Shown here piece after piece: positions 1 to 8,294 of a DNA stretch of 64,000 nucleotides; position 1 is the stretch's first letter; the number at the start of each line of letters is the position of its first letter. A program made the translations under genes and the position numbers. This DNA is from an uncultured Candidatus Binatia bacterium (lineage in GTDB: Bacteria; Desulfobacterota; Binatia; UBA9968; JAJDTQ01): NCBI GenBank assembly GCA_965215605.1, contig OZ244070.1:2432001-2496000 (forward strand), given 5' to 3'. The notes beneath the pieces are model-generated. The model worked only from the letters and a program-made list of their open reading frames with translations, made no database searches and had not been told where the DNA came from.

Positions 1-2
1 TC

Positions 3-158
3 ACCGCGGCGTATCTCCGCCCCGCCCTCGAAGCCGGCCTGATCGAAATGACGCTCCCGGACAAGCCAACCAGCCGAATCCAGCGTTATCGGCGCACCGC
101 GGCCGGCGAAGCCCTGGCGCGACAGGCCAAGACCACATCGAAGGACTCCCGCGCATGA
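3..158 (+). CDS. 3' end of a probable Fic-family protein (C-terminal winged HTH), partial
   Basis: Frame 3 reads TAAYLRPALEAGLIEMTLPDKPTSRIQRYRRTAAG...*, matching the YLxPAL..GLIEMTxPDKPxSRxQRY motif typical of Fic C-terminal domains. Its TGA overlaps the hsdM ATG (ATGA). Not in the supplied ORF track. Confidence 0.7.
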   Translation, partial: TAAYLRPALEAGLIEMTLPDKPTSRIQRYRRTAAGEALARQAKTTSKDSRA

Positions 159-1648
159 ACACCGCTCCCATCGTCTCCAAAGTCTGGAGCTTCTGTACCA
201 CCCTGCGCGACGACGGCGTCGGCTATGGCGACTACCTGGAGCAGCTCACCTACCTGATCTTCCTCAAGATGGCGGACGAGTACGGGAAGCCGCCTCGCAA
301 TCGTGATGTCGGCATCCCGGCCGAGTACAACTGGACGAGTCTGAGGTCGAAGCGGGGCGCGGAGCTGGAGAGCCACTACGTCACGCTGCTTCGTGAGCTT
401 GGCGCCAGGACCGGCATGCTGGGGCAGATCTTCACCAAGGCCCAGAACAAGATCCAGGACCCGGCGAAGCTTTACCGCCTCATCGACATGGTGGACGCCA
501 CCGAGTGGGTCACCATGGTCGCCGATATCAAGGGTGACATCTACGAGGGTCTGTTGGAGAAGAACGCCGAGGACACCAAGTCAGGCGCGGGGCAGTATTT
601 CACGCCGCGCGCCCTCATCCGCGCCATGGTGGAATGCGTGCGGCCCGAACCCCGCAAGCTCATCGCCGACCCCGCCTGCGGCACCGGCGGGTTCTTCCTG
701 GTGGCCTACGATTTCCTCACCAACCAGGACAACTTCAAGCTGGACCAGCAACAAAACGCGTTCCTCAAGCACGACACGTTTCACGGCAACGAGATCGTCG
801 CCAATACCCGGCGCCTGTGCCTCATGAACATGCTCCTCCACAACATCGGCGAGATCGACGGCCGCGCGCCCATATCGTCCAACGACGCGCTCGTGGCCGA
901 CGCCGGGCAGCGGTTCGACTACGTGTTCGCCAACCCGCCTTTCGGCAAGAAGAGCTCCATGAGCTTCACCAACGAGGAAGGCGAGCAGGAGACGGACGAC
1001 CTGACCTACAACCGGCAGGATTTCTGGGCAGCCACGTCCAACAAGCAGCTCAATTTCGTGCAGCACATCCGGACCATGCTCAAGACCGACGGCCGCGCCG
1101 CGGTCGTGGTGCCGGACAACGTGTTGTTCGAGGGCGGCGCCGGCGAAACCATCCGGAAAAAGCTGTTGGACAACACCGACCTGCACACCATCCTCCGGCT
1201 TCCCACCGGCGTGTTCTACGCCCAGGGGGTCAAGGCCAACGTGATCTTCTTCGACAACCGCGAAGCCAGCCCCGACCCGTGGACGAAGCAGGTCTGGTAC
1301 TACGACTACCGCACCAACATTCACCATACGCTCAAGAAGAAGCCCATGCGCTATGAGGACCTGCTGGACTTCGTGAAGTGCTACAACCCGCGGAACCGTC
1401 ATCAACGCAAGCCCACTTGGGACGAGACCGACGCGCCGGAAGGCCGTTGGCGCAGCTACAGCTACGACGAACTCGCCGCCCGCGACAAGACCAGCCTCGA
1501 CATCTTCTGGCTCAAGGACAAGAACCTCACCGACCTGGACAACCTGCCCGAACCCGACGATCTCGCCGAAGAGATCATCGAGAACCTGGAGGCCGGCCTC
1601 AACAGTTTCCGCGAAGTGCTGGCCGGTTTACGGCAGTCAGGCCGTTGA
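155..1648 (+). CDS. hsdM: Type I restriction-modification system N6-adenine methyltransferase subunit M
   Basis: GQYFTPR, motif I DPACGTGGF, motif IV NPPF and N-terminal YLEQLTYLIFLKM helix; 497 aa. Confidence 0.93.
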   Translation: MNTAPIVSKVWSFCTTLRDDGVGYGDYLEQLTYLIFLKMADEYGKPPRNRDVGIPAEYNWTSLRSKRGAELESHYVTLLRELGARTGMLGQIFTKAQNKIQDPAKLYRLIDMVDATEWVTMVADIKGDIYEGLLEKNAEDTKSGAGQYFTPRALIRAMVECVRPEPRKLIADPACGTGGFFLVAYDFLTNQDNFKLDQQQNAFLKHDTFHGNEIVANTRRLCLMNMLLHNIGEIDGRAPISSNDALVADAGQRFDYVFANPPFGKKSSMSFTNEEGEQETDDLTYNRQDFWAATSNKQLNFVQHIRTMLKTDGRAAVVVPDNVLFEGGAGETIRKKLLDNTDLHTILRLPTGVFYAQGVKANVIFFDNREASPDPWTKQVWYYDYRTNIHHTLKKKPMRYEDLLDFVKCYNPRNRHQRKPTWDETDAPEGRWRSYSYDELAARDKTSLDIFWLKDKNLTDLDNLPEPDDLAEEIIENLEAGLNSFREVLAGLRQSGR

Positions 1649-1704
1649 TGCGCCGCCGTCTGTTGAGGGCGCGAGACCGCTTGTCCGGCCTTCCGTCGAG
1701 GCTG

Positions 1705-1739
1705 TTGACAAATTGCACACATTCGATGATGATTGTGTG
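1705..1739 (+). promoter_or_regulatory. sigma70-type promoter with overlapping inverted repeat (probable BrnA operator)
   Basis: TTGACA(1705-1710)-17 nt-GATGAT(1728-1733), 6 nt before GTG; inverted repeat CACACA...TGTGTG. Confidence 0.55.
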
Positions 1740-2027
1740 GTGGAAGTTCGTTTTGACTGGAACCTGGAAAAGAACCAGCAACTCGTTGAACAAAGGGGTG
1801 TCTCATTCGAGCGCGTCGTGTCCGCGATTGAGCAGGGCGGTGTGGTGGATGTGCTGGATCATCCCAACCAACAGCGCTACCGGGGGCAGATGATCTACGT
1901 CGTGGACATCGATGGTTACCTGCATCTCGTGCCTTTCGTAATTGCCGCAGACGGTTCAAGATTTCTGAAGACGATTATCCCGAGCCGGAAGGCGACGCGG
2001 GATCACTGGAGGAGGCGATCATCGTGA
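1740..2027 (+). CDS. BrnT-like toxin (DUF497-like ribonuclease)
   Basis: FDWNLEKNQQLVEQRGVSFE...HPNQQRY...FLKTIIPSRKAT; overlaps the next gene (GTGA). Confidence 0.8.
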   Translation: MEVRFDWNLEKNQQLVEQRGVSFERVVSAIEQGGVVDVLDHPNQQRYRGQMIYVVDIDGYLHLVPFVIAADGSRFLKTIIPSRKATRDHWRRRSS

Positions 2028-2299
2028 AGAAAGAACTGAACGCCGAGGAGCGGGAGATTCTGGAGCATTTCGAGCGGGGTGAGTTGACCAGTGCGTCCGA
2101 AGCTCGGCGCGAGATGGAGACGGCACGGCTTGCGGCCCGCAATACGTTCAACAAGACTCGGAGGGTCAACCTGCGGGTCACCGAGCGTGACTTCAACCTC
2201 GCCCACGCGCGTGCGCGCGAGGATGGTATCCCGTACCAGACGCTGTTGTCGAGCGTGATTCACAAGTACCTTTCCGGACGGCTGACCGAGAACCGGTAG
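2024..2299 (+). CDS. BrnA/CopG-like ribbon-helix-helix antitoxin
   Basis: K..RVNLRV...AR.DGIPYQTLLSSVIHKY C-terminal RHH; coupled to the toxin. Confidence 0.8.
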   Translation: MKKELNAEEREILEHFERGELTSASEARREMETARLAARNTFNKTRRVNLRVTERDFNLAHARAREDGIPYQTLLSSVIHKYLSGRLTENR

Positions 2300-2365
2300 C
2301 AAGCGTCATCGCGCGGGATTGGCAGCAGAAAGTCGGTAACGCCTGCGGCCAGCCTTTCTTTCGGC

Positions 2366-2501
2366 ATGAACCCGCCGGCAACAGTCCTCATCACCGGCGT
2401 TACCCGGTTACATCGGCGACAGGTTGGGTCCCCGACTCCTCGACGACGGCCATCGTGTGCGTGTGCTGGCGCGAGAGATCGCAAGGCGCGCCGAGGCTTG
2501 A
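2366..2501 (+). pseudogene. Frameshifted, internally deleted relic of an NAD(P)-binding SDR/epimerase gene
   Basis: MNPPATVLITGVT, then one extra C, then GYIGDRLGPRLLDDGHRVRVLAREIARRAEA*: a Rossmann TGxTGYIG start that ends after ~45 codons. Confidence 0.65.
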
Positions 2502-2528
2502 CTGAACTCCGGATACGGGAGGTGCGAC

Positions 2529-3293
2529 ATGGCGGGAACAACAGTCTTCGAACCCGGCGGGTACCGGTACGTGCGGGGGCGGTTCCAGTATTCGGGAGGC
2601 GTCTCGGCGGAGCCGGGATTCGTCATCGAACGCGCCCGGTTCGCGCGCCCGGTGCCGCTCGACGAAGGGTTCCGCCGGATCGAGACGTATCTCGACGGCC
2701 TCGGACGGCCGCCCACCGCGTTCTGCGCTTGCGAGCTGCGCTCGCCGGGGCAGTTCACGGAAGAAGGCTTCATTGCGTTCAATCGGGTCTATGTGAGCAC
2801 GCTCGAACGGTGGGGCCTCTTCAAGGACGAGGACAACCCCGTCGCGCGGTCGAACGTGTGTCCCGAGGTGCGTCCTCCGAGTGAACCCTGTTTCCATGCA
2901 TTTTCATACACGGTGCCGGCCGGGTCGGGTGACGCGGCGGGGCTCAAGAGCTTCGTGATCGCGGGCTCCGGTGAAGCGCCCGAAGGACCGGGCGGGTATG
3001 GCGCCCGGATCATCCGTCTCGGGGACACGTCGCCCGACGCCATGCGGGAAAAGGCGCAATTCGTCCTCGGAGCGCTGGAGCTTCGGATGGCGGCGTTGGG
3101 CCTGACGTGGGCGGACGCCACCACGAGCCAGCTCTACACGGTCCACGAAATCCAAGGGTTTCTCGCCGACGAGATCGTCCGCCGGGGCGCGGCGCCGGAC
3201 GGCGTCACATGGACCTACGCCCGTCCGCCGGTCCAGGGACTGGAGTTTGAAATGGACGTCCGGAGCGTGCCGGTGGAGCGGGTCATCGGTTGA
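2529..3293 (+). CDS. 2-amino-5-chloromuconate deaminase CnbZ-like protein
   Basis: GGYRY...FQYSGGV.AEPGF, FCACELRSP, NPVARSNVCP and RPPVQGLEFEMD motifs; GGAGG RBS. Confidence 0.7.
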   Translation: MAGTTVFEPGGYRYVRGRFQYSGGVSAEPGFVIERARFARPVPLDEGFRRIETYLDGLGRPPTAFCACELRSPGQFTEEGFIAFNRVYVSTLERWGLFKDEDNPVARSNVCPEVRPPSEPCFHAFSYTVPAGSGDAAGLKSFVIAGSGEAPEGPGGYGARIIRLGDTSPDAMREKAQFVLGALELRMAALGLTWADATTSQLYTVHEIQGFLADEIVRRGAAPDGVTWTYARPPVQGLEFEMDVRSVPVERVIG

Positions 3294-3334
3294 GTCTCGT
3301 GAGGCGTCCGTGGGACGGAGGTAGATCGGATGGA

Positions 3335-3369
3335 TTGAAATTATGCACTAAGAATGCATAATATTCACC
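3335..3369 (+). promoter_or_regulatory. AT-rich promoter with inverted repeat upstream of AAA ATPase
   Basis: TTGAAA(3335-3340)-16 nt-CATAAT(3357-3362); inverted repeat TTATGCA-N7-TGCATAA; ATG 7 nt downstream with no SD. Confidence 0.5.
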
Positions 3370-4593
3370 ATGGGCTCGCCGTACCTCAAACGCTCGCTCG
3401 AACCCGTTCTCAGGAAGGCGGCCGCGGAGTTTCCCGCCGTCGTCCTGACGGGGCCGCGCCAGTCCGGCAAGACAACCCTGCTGCAACATCTCTTTGGTAG
3501 GCGTTACGGGTACGTGTCCCTGGAGCCTCCGGACGTTCGTGCGGCCGCCGTGAATGACCCGCGCGGGTTTCTGGAACTGTATCCGGCACCGGTGGTCCTT
3601 GACGAGGTGCAGTACGCGCCCGACCTGCTTCCCTACATCAAGGAGAAGATCGATGCGAACCGCGACACGAACGGTCAATATCTTCTGACCGGCTCACAGA
3701 ATCTATTGCTTGCCGAGAAGGTGACCGAATCGCTGGCGGGCCGCGCGGCTATGCTCCGCCTGTTGCCGTTGTCGAGGCGGGAAGCCGAGGGACGGCCTGG
3801 GACCGTCTTTGCTTGGGAACGCAAGCGTCCGCCGTCTTCGAGAACGCCACATGGATTTGGCGAACTGTGGAAGCGCTTCCTTCGGGGCGGATACCCGGAA
3901 CTCGCCGTAGACTCCGGTCGGGACGCCTCCCTCTGGCATGCCAGCTACATCCAGACCTATCTTGAACGGGACGTGCGTACCGTCCGGCAGGTGGGAGACC
4001 TGACCCAGTATCAGAATTTTCTCCGCCTGCTGGCGGCCCGAAGCGCCCAACTCCTGAATCTTGCCGACGTCGCTCGAGACCTCGGGGTGGCGGTCAATTC
4101 GATCAAGGCTTGGCTGTCCGTGCTCGAGGCCACCTACCAGGTGATCGTGCTGCGCCCCTATTTCGCCAACGTCGGAAAGCGGTTCGTCAAGACCCCGAAG
4201 GTGTACTTTGCCGACGTCGGCACGCTGTGCCATCTCGCAGGTCTCAAGGACCCCGAACATGCTGCCTCCGGCCCCATGGGCGGCGCAATCATGGAGACGG
4301 CCGTGCTGTCCGAGATCGTGCGGACTCTGACGCATCGGGGGATGGAGCCGCGAGTCTACTTCTGGCGGACCGTGGCGGGCACGGAAGTGGACTTCGTGGT
4401 CGAGACCAGCGGTGGACTCGTCCCCATCGAGGTAAAGCTGTCCGCGACCCCGCGGCCGGCAATGGCCAGTGCCATCAGGACGCTGCAGGGAGACATTGGA
4501 AGCACCGCGATGCCCGGCTACGTGGTGCACCCCGGTGACATACGCTTGCCCCTCGGTTCCGGCGTGACCGCGCTTCCCTTCGCCGACCTGTAG
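3370..4593 (+). CDS. AAA+ ATPase (AAA_14) with C-terminal DUF4143/PD-(D/E)XK-like domain
   Basis: Walker A GPRQSGKT, LDEVQ, LTGS, GGYPE, YIQTYLERD, KTPKVYFADVG, EVDFV...IEVK. Confidence 0.88.
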   Translation: MGSPYLKRSLEPVLRKAAAEFPAVVLTGPRQSGKTTLLQHLFGRRYGYVSLEPPDVRAAAVNDPRGFLELYPAPVVLDEVQYAPDLLPYIKEKIDANRDTNGQYLLTGSQNLLLAEKVTESLAGRAAMLRLLPLSRREAEGRPGTVFAWERKRPPSSRTPHGFGELWKRFLRGGYPELAVDSGRDASLWHASYIQTYLERDVRTVRQVGDLTQYQNFLRLLAARSAQLLNLADVARDLGVAVNSIKAWLSVLEATYQVIVLRPYFANVGKRFVKTPKVYFADVGTLCHLAGLKDPEHAASGPMGGAIMETAVLSEIVRTLTHRGMEPRVYFWRTVAGTEVDFVVETSGGLVPIEVKLSATPRPAMASAIRTLQGDIGSTAMPGYVVHPGDIRLPLGSGVTALPFADL

Positions 4594-4693
4594 CGTCGCG
4601 CTACCCGAGCAGGATTGATCAGTCATTCGCTCTATGGCGCTAACGGGTCAAGTCGGGTATCTCCACCACAACAGGAAGTCAGGAGGTTTCATC

Positions 4694-5707
4694 ATGCGTT
4701 TTGGCATCGCGTTCGGCAGCTACCCCTCGGACCTGGACCGGGCCGGCGTCTGCCGCGACTTCAGGGAACGGGCTCGGGTGGCCCACGCCAGCAACTACGA
4801 GGCGCTCTTCGTGGCGCAGCACTACTCCACGGGACCGGACGCGGCCATGCTCCAATCCCTGCCGTTGCTGTCGTACTTCGCGGGTCTGACCCCCGGCATG
4901 TACCTGGGCACGGCGATATTCCTGCTGCCCATGCACCAGCCTCTGATGGTGGCGGAGTACACCGCCACCCTCGACAACCTGTGCGACGGCAAGTTCCTCT
5001 TCGGCATCGGCCAGGGCTATCGCGACGTCGAGTTCACCTCCATGGGCGTGCCCCTGCGCGAGAAGCGCCGCCGGCTGGAGGAGGGGATCGAGGTGGTGAA
5101 GCGGCTGTGGACCGAAGACGAGGTGCATCACCAGGGCCGGTTCTACCGCATCGACGGCGTCACCATCCAGCCCAAGCCGATCCGGAAACCTCGGCCGCCC
5201 ATCCTGCTGGGGGCCGACACCGTGCCCACCGTCGGTCGCGTGCCGGAGGTCGCCGACCACTGGATCGCCAGCCGCCGTCACACCAAGACCTTCCTGCGCG
5301 AGGCCGTGCCCGCGTACAAGCGCGCGCTGGAGGCCCAGGGCCGCCCCTTCGAGGGCCTCTACATCTTCCGCGACCTCTGCGTCGCCGACAGCCGCAAGGA
5401 GGCCGAAGACCGCATCCGCGAGGGCTATGAGCGGCGCTACGAACGCTACCAGCGCTGGGGCCAGCCGGGGGAGCGCTACGATCTCCCGTTCGAGCAGTTG
5501 CAGCAGGACCGCCTGGTCCTCGGCAGCCCGGCCGAGGTGGCCGAGCAGGTGCTCTCCTACCACCAGGAATTCGGCGCCGAGATCATGTGGTTCATGGTGG
5601 ACTGGCCCGGCATGGACGCCAGCATCACCCTCGAAACCATCCAACGCTTCGGCGAGGAGGTCATCCCCGAGTTGAAGCGGCTGACGCCGGAGTCCCCGCT
5701 GCCGTAG
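4694..5707 (+). CDS. LLM-class flavin-dependent oxidoreductase
   Basis: MRFGI start after AGGAGG; AQHY, PLMVAEYTATLD, GIGQGY, PKPIRKPRPPI, GSPAEV. Confidence 0.88.
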   Translation: MRFGIAFGSYPSDLDRAGVCRDFRERARVAHASNYEALFVAQHYSTGPDAAMLQSLPLLSYFAGLTPGMYLGTAIFLLPMHQPLMVAEYTATLDNLCDGKFLFGIGQGYRDVEFTSMGVPLREKRRRLEEGIEVVKRLWTEDEVHHQGRFYRIDGVTIQPKPIRKPRPPILLGADTVPTVGRVPEVADHWIASRRHTKTFLREAVPAYKRALEAQGRPFEGLYIFRDLCVADSRKEAEDRIREGYERRYERYQRWGQPGERYDLPFEQLQQDRLVLGSPAEVAEQVLSYHQEFGAEIMWFMVDWPGMDASITLETIQRFGEEVIPELKRLTPESPLP

Positions 5708-5812
5708 GTGCGTCCGCGGGCGGCTCACTCGCTTGAGAAGGGGCCGCTATTGCAACTTTGGGGGTCAAATTACAATAGTGCACGTCGCAATTGTCGAGGA
5801 GTGCAACAGCGC

Positions 5813-6478
5813 ATGACGAAATGGTCCACATTCGGACGCGCCGTTCCCGGAGAGATCAACGCACCCTGGTCCGGCACCATCGTCTCCGTGCAGCCCCGGA
5901 TACGGCTGCTGCGTTCTCTCGACGAGCGCTCCCACAGCTATCATGGCTACGTGCTGCGGATCGACGGGACCTGCGCCGGCGAGCGCGGGGAGGCCGCCAT
6001 CGCCGTGGGCCGGGGGGCGCACGCGAAGCACCGGTTTCGCGCCGGCATGGAGGTGAGCGGCGTAGCGGTGCCCGTGGCCAACCCGAACACCGAAACGGCG
6101 GGGTGGTACAAGGCGAGCCGCCTCAAGATCCTCCGGGAGGCAGAGGTGGAGGCGCCGGCCGGGCCGCCGTTCCATGGCGTGCCGCCGGATCTGGAAACCT
6201 ACCGCGAGCGCGGACATCGGCGGTTAAGCCCGCGCACCTACGCAAGCCGGTGCGCGACGTGCATGTGGGGTTGCCGGATGCCCGTCGGCATCATACTGGA
6301 TCAATGGAACCCTTCGCGGCAACGGTACAGGGTCGAGACTTTCTGCTATGGTCCGAAGAGTTGCCGTTTCTATCGGGCCGGTCGCGAGCGCACGGTTCCG
6401 GCGAAAGACGGGTTGTCGTACACCGAGGGCGACTGGGTCGACGAGTCGGCCACCGCGCACAGGGGGCCGGACGACTAG
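5813..6478 (+). CDS. Conserved hypothetical protein with Cys-rich C-terminal region
   Basis: GAGGAG RBS; beta-rich N-terminus; CATCMWGC...FCYGPKSC cluster. Confidence 0.65.
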   Translation: MTKWSTFGRAVPGEINAPWSGTIVSVQPRIRLLRSLDERSHSYHGYVLRIDGTCAGERGEAAIAVGRGAHAKHRFRAGMEVSGVAVPVANPNTETAGWYKASRLKILREAEVEAPAGPPFHGVPPDLETYRERGHRRLSPRTYASRCATCMWGCRMPVGIILDQWNPSRQRYRVETFCYGPKSCRFYRAGRERTVPAKDGLSYTEGDWVDESATAHRGPDD

Positions 6479-6526
6479 CCGGACACCACGCCGGCATGGC
6501 GGACCTGTCACGGGACACCAGGCACC

Positions 6527-7360
6527 ATGAGCCAGCACTCACATCCACACTCGGCAAACGCGCAGTTTCACGATCCTGCGCACGCGGCGGAGTTCGACAG
6601 GAAGGCGGCCGTGTCCGATATCCGCGGACAGTTGGCGGAGCGCCTGATCGAGGCCATGGCGCTGCGCGGCGACGAGACCGTGCTCGACGTGGCCACCGGC
6701 ACGGGCCGCTTCGCCCGGCCGGTTTCCGGAAACCTGGCTGATGGGAGCGTGGTGGGCATCGACCCGGCGCTGGCCATGCTGCGGGTGTCGCGCGACCCGG
6801 ACGCGGACCCCATTCCCCGCTACGGCCGGGTCGCCGCCACGGCCGAGCGCATGCCGCTGAAGGGTAGCATCTTCGACTGCGCGTGGGTGGCCTTCAGCCT
6901 GCATCACTTCGTCAGCGCCACGGACATGCTGCGGGAGGCGGGGCGGGTGCTCAAGCCGGGCGGCCGCCTCTTCATCCTCGATCCGATCATCGCGGCGGCG
7001 GACGACGCGCTCGACGCGGCCGTCAACAGCCTCATCAACGAGGTCTTCCAGCGCTCCCACGGCGCCGGATTCCGCTTTTTCGCGCAGGAAGAGATCCGGC
7101 GCCTCATGACCGACGGCGGCATGGAGGTGGTGCGCGACGATCTCCACACCTACCCGGTGGATCAGGACGGCACCGACGGCATTCCCACCGGCCGGCACTG
7201 GATCGAGGTAATGGACGAGCTGGAACGGAGGCCGCCGGAGTTGAAGGCGCGCTTCCAGGAGAGATACTTTCGTTACGACAAGACCGGCGATGGGGTTCAC
7301 CTCAGCGGCGGCTTCCACTTCGGCCTCGTCGCTGGCGAGAAACGGCTCGGCACCGACTGA
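6527..7360 (+). CDS. Class I SAM-dependent methyltransferase
   Basis: VLDVATGTG motif I, FD, RVLKPGGRL. Confidence 0.88.
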   Translation: MSQHSHPHSANAQFHDPAHAAEFDRKAAVSDIRGQLAERLIEAMALRGDETVLDVATGTGRFARPVSGNLADGSVVGIDPALAMLRVSRDPDADPIPRYGRVAATAERMPLKGSIFDCAWVAFSLHHFVSATDMLREAGRVLKPGGRLFILDPIIAAADDALDAAVNSLINEVFQRSHGAGFRFFAQEEIRRLMTDGGMEVVRDDLHTYPVDQDGTDGIPTGRHWIEVMDELERRPPELKARFQERYFRYDKTGDGVHLSGGFHFGLVAGEKRLGTD

Positions 7361-7371
7361 AGGAGCACCTC

Positions 7372-8268
7372 ATGAAAACGCCATCATCACTGATCACCCT
7401 GGGAACCTCCGGCGGACCGTCGTTGACCCCCCGCCGGGCGCAGACCTCGCACCTGCTCACCGTCAACGGCACCTACTACGTGGTGGATGCCGGCGACGGG
7501 GTGGCGCGGCGCATGGCCCGGGCCGGCGCGGACGTGCGCAAGGTGGGGATCATCTTTCTGACCCACCACCACGACGACCACACGGCGGGCCTCGGCACCC
7601 TCATGTCCCTGGCTTGGGACGGCCAGCGTACCGAACCCATCAACGTCTACGGACCGCCCCGGACCCAGGAGCTGGTGGACGCCACAATTCGGTATTGCAG
7701 TATCAGCGCCGACATTCGTATCGCCGACGGCGGCCGGAGCGTTCCGCTGGACAAGGTGTTCTTCGGGCACGACGTGGGCATCGGGGAGGTCTACCAGGAC
7801 GACAACGTGCGCGTGACGGCCGTGGAGAACACCCACTTCAGCTTCCACCGGGGCGACAAGGAGGGCCGCTACAAGTCCTACTCCTATCGCTTCGAGACTC
7901 CGGACCGGGTCATCATGTTCACCGGCGACACCGGCGCCAGCGCCGCCGTCACCGCGCTGGCAAAGGATGCGGACGTGCTGGTGACCGAGACCTCCTCGTG
8001 CGACGAACGCAAGAACGCGATGATCCAGGACGGCCGCTGGCAGGCCATGAGCGCGGCCGAGCAGGAAGGCATCATGCGCCAGGCGACCCAGGGGCACATG
8101 GGCCTGGAGAACATCGGCAAGCTGGCGACGCAGGCGGCCGTCAGGAAGGTGGTGCTTTCCCACTTCACCCGCCGCGTCGGCACCAACGACTACGAGCCTT
8201 GGGCCGAAGAGGTGAGGAAGCACTACTCCGGCGAGGTGGTGGTCGCCGAGGACCTGATGGAGTTCTAG
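7372..8268 (+). CDS. MBL-fold metallo-hydrolase (RNase Z/arylsulfatase-like)
   Basis: LGTSGGP, VDAGDG, THHHDDH, FTGDT, LSH; AAGGAG RBS before ATG 7372. Confidence 0.85.
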   Translation: MKTPSSLITLGTSGGPSLTPRRAQTSHLLTVNGTYYVVDAGDGVARRMARAGADVRKVGIIFLTHHHDDHTAGLGTLMSLAWDGQRTEPINVYGPPRTQELVDATIRYCSISADIRIADGGRSVPLDKVFFGHDVGIGEVYQDDNVRVTAVENTHFSFHRGDKEGRYKSYSYRFETPDRVIMFTGDTGASAAVTALAKDADVLVTETSSCDERKNAMIQDGRWQAMSAAEQEGIMRQATQGHMGLENIGKLATQAAVRKVVLSHFTRRVGTNDYEPWAEEVRKHYSGEVVVAEDLMEF

Positions 8269-8294
8269 TCGCAACTCCCGCGAAGGGTCCGGCC

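Noticed and set aside
7290-8294. Apparent 335-aa N-terminal extension making a 1070-aa Mo enzyme (similar extensions on phoX, the ThDP enzyme, FAH and ilvD)
   Set aside because: The extensions are mostly out-of-frame overlaps of upstream genes or intergenic DNA; family-typical starts lie downstream, most with clear SD sites.
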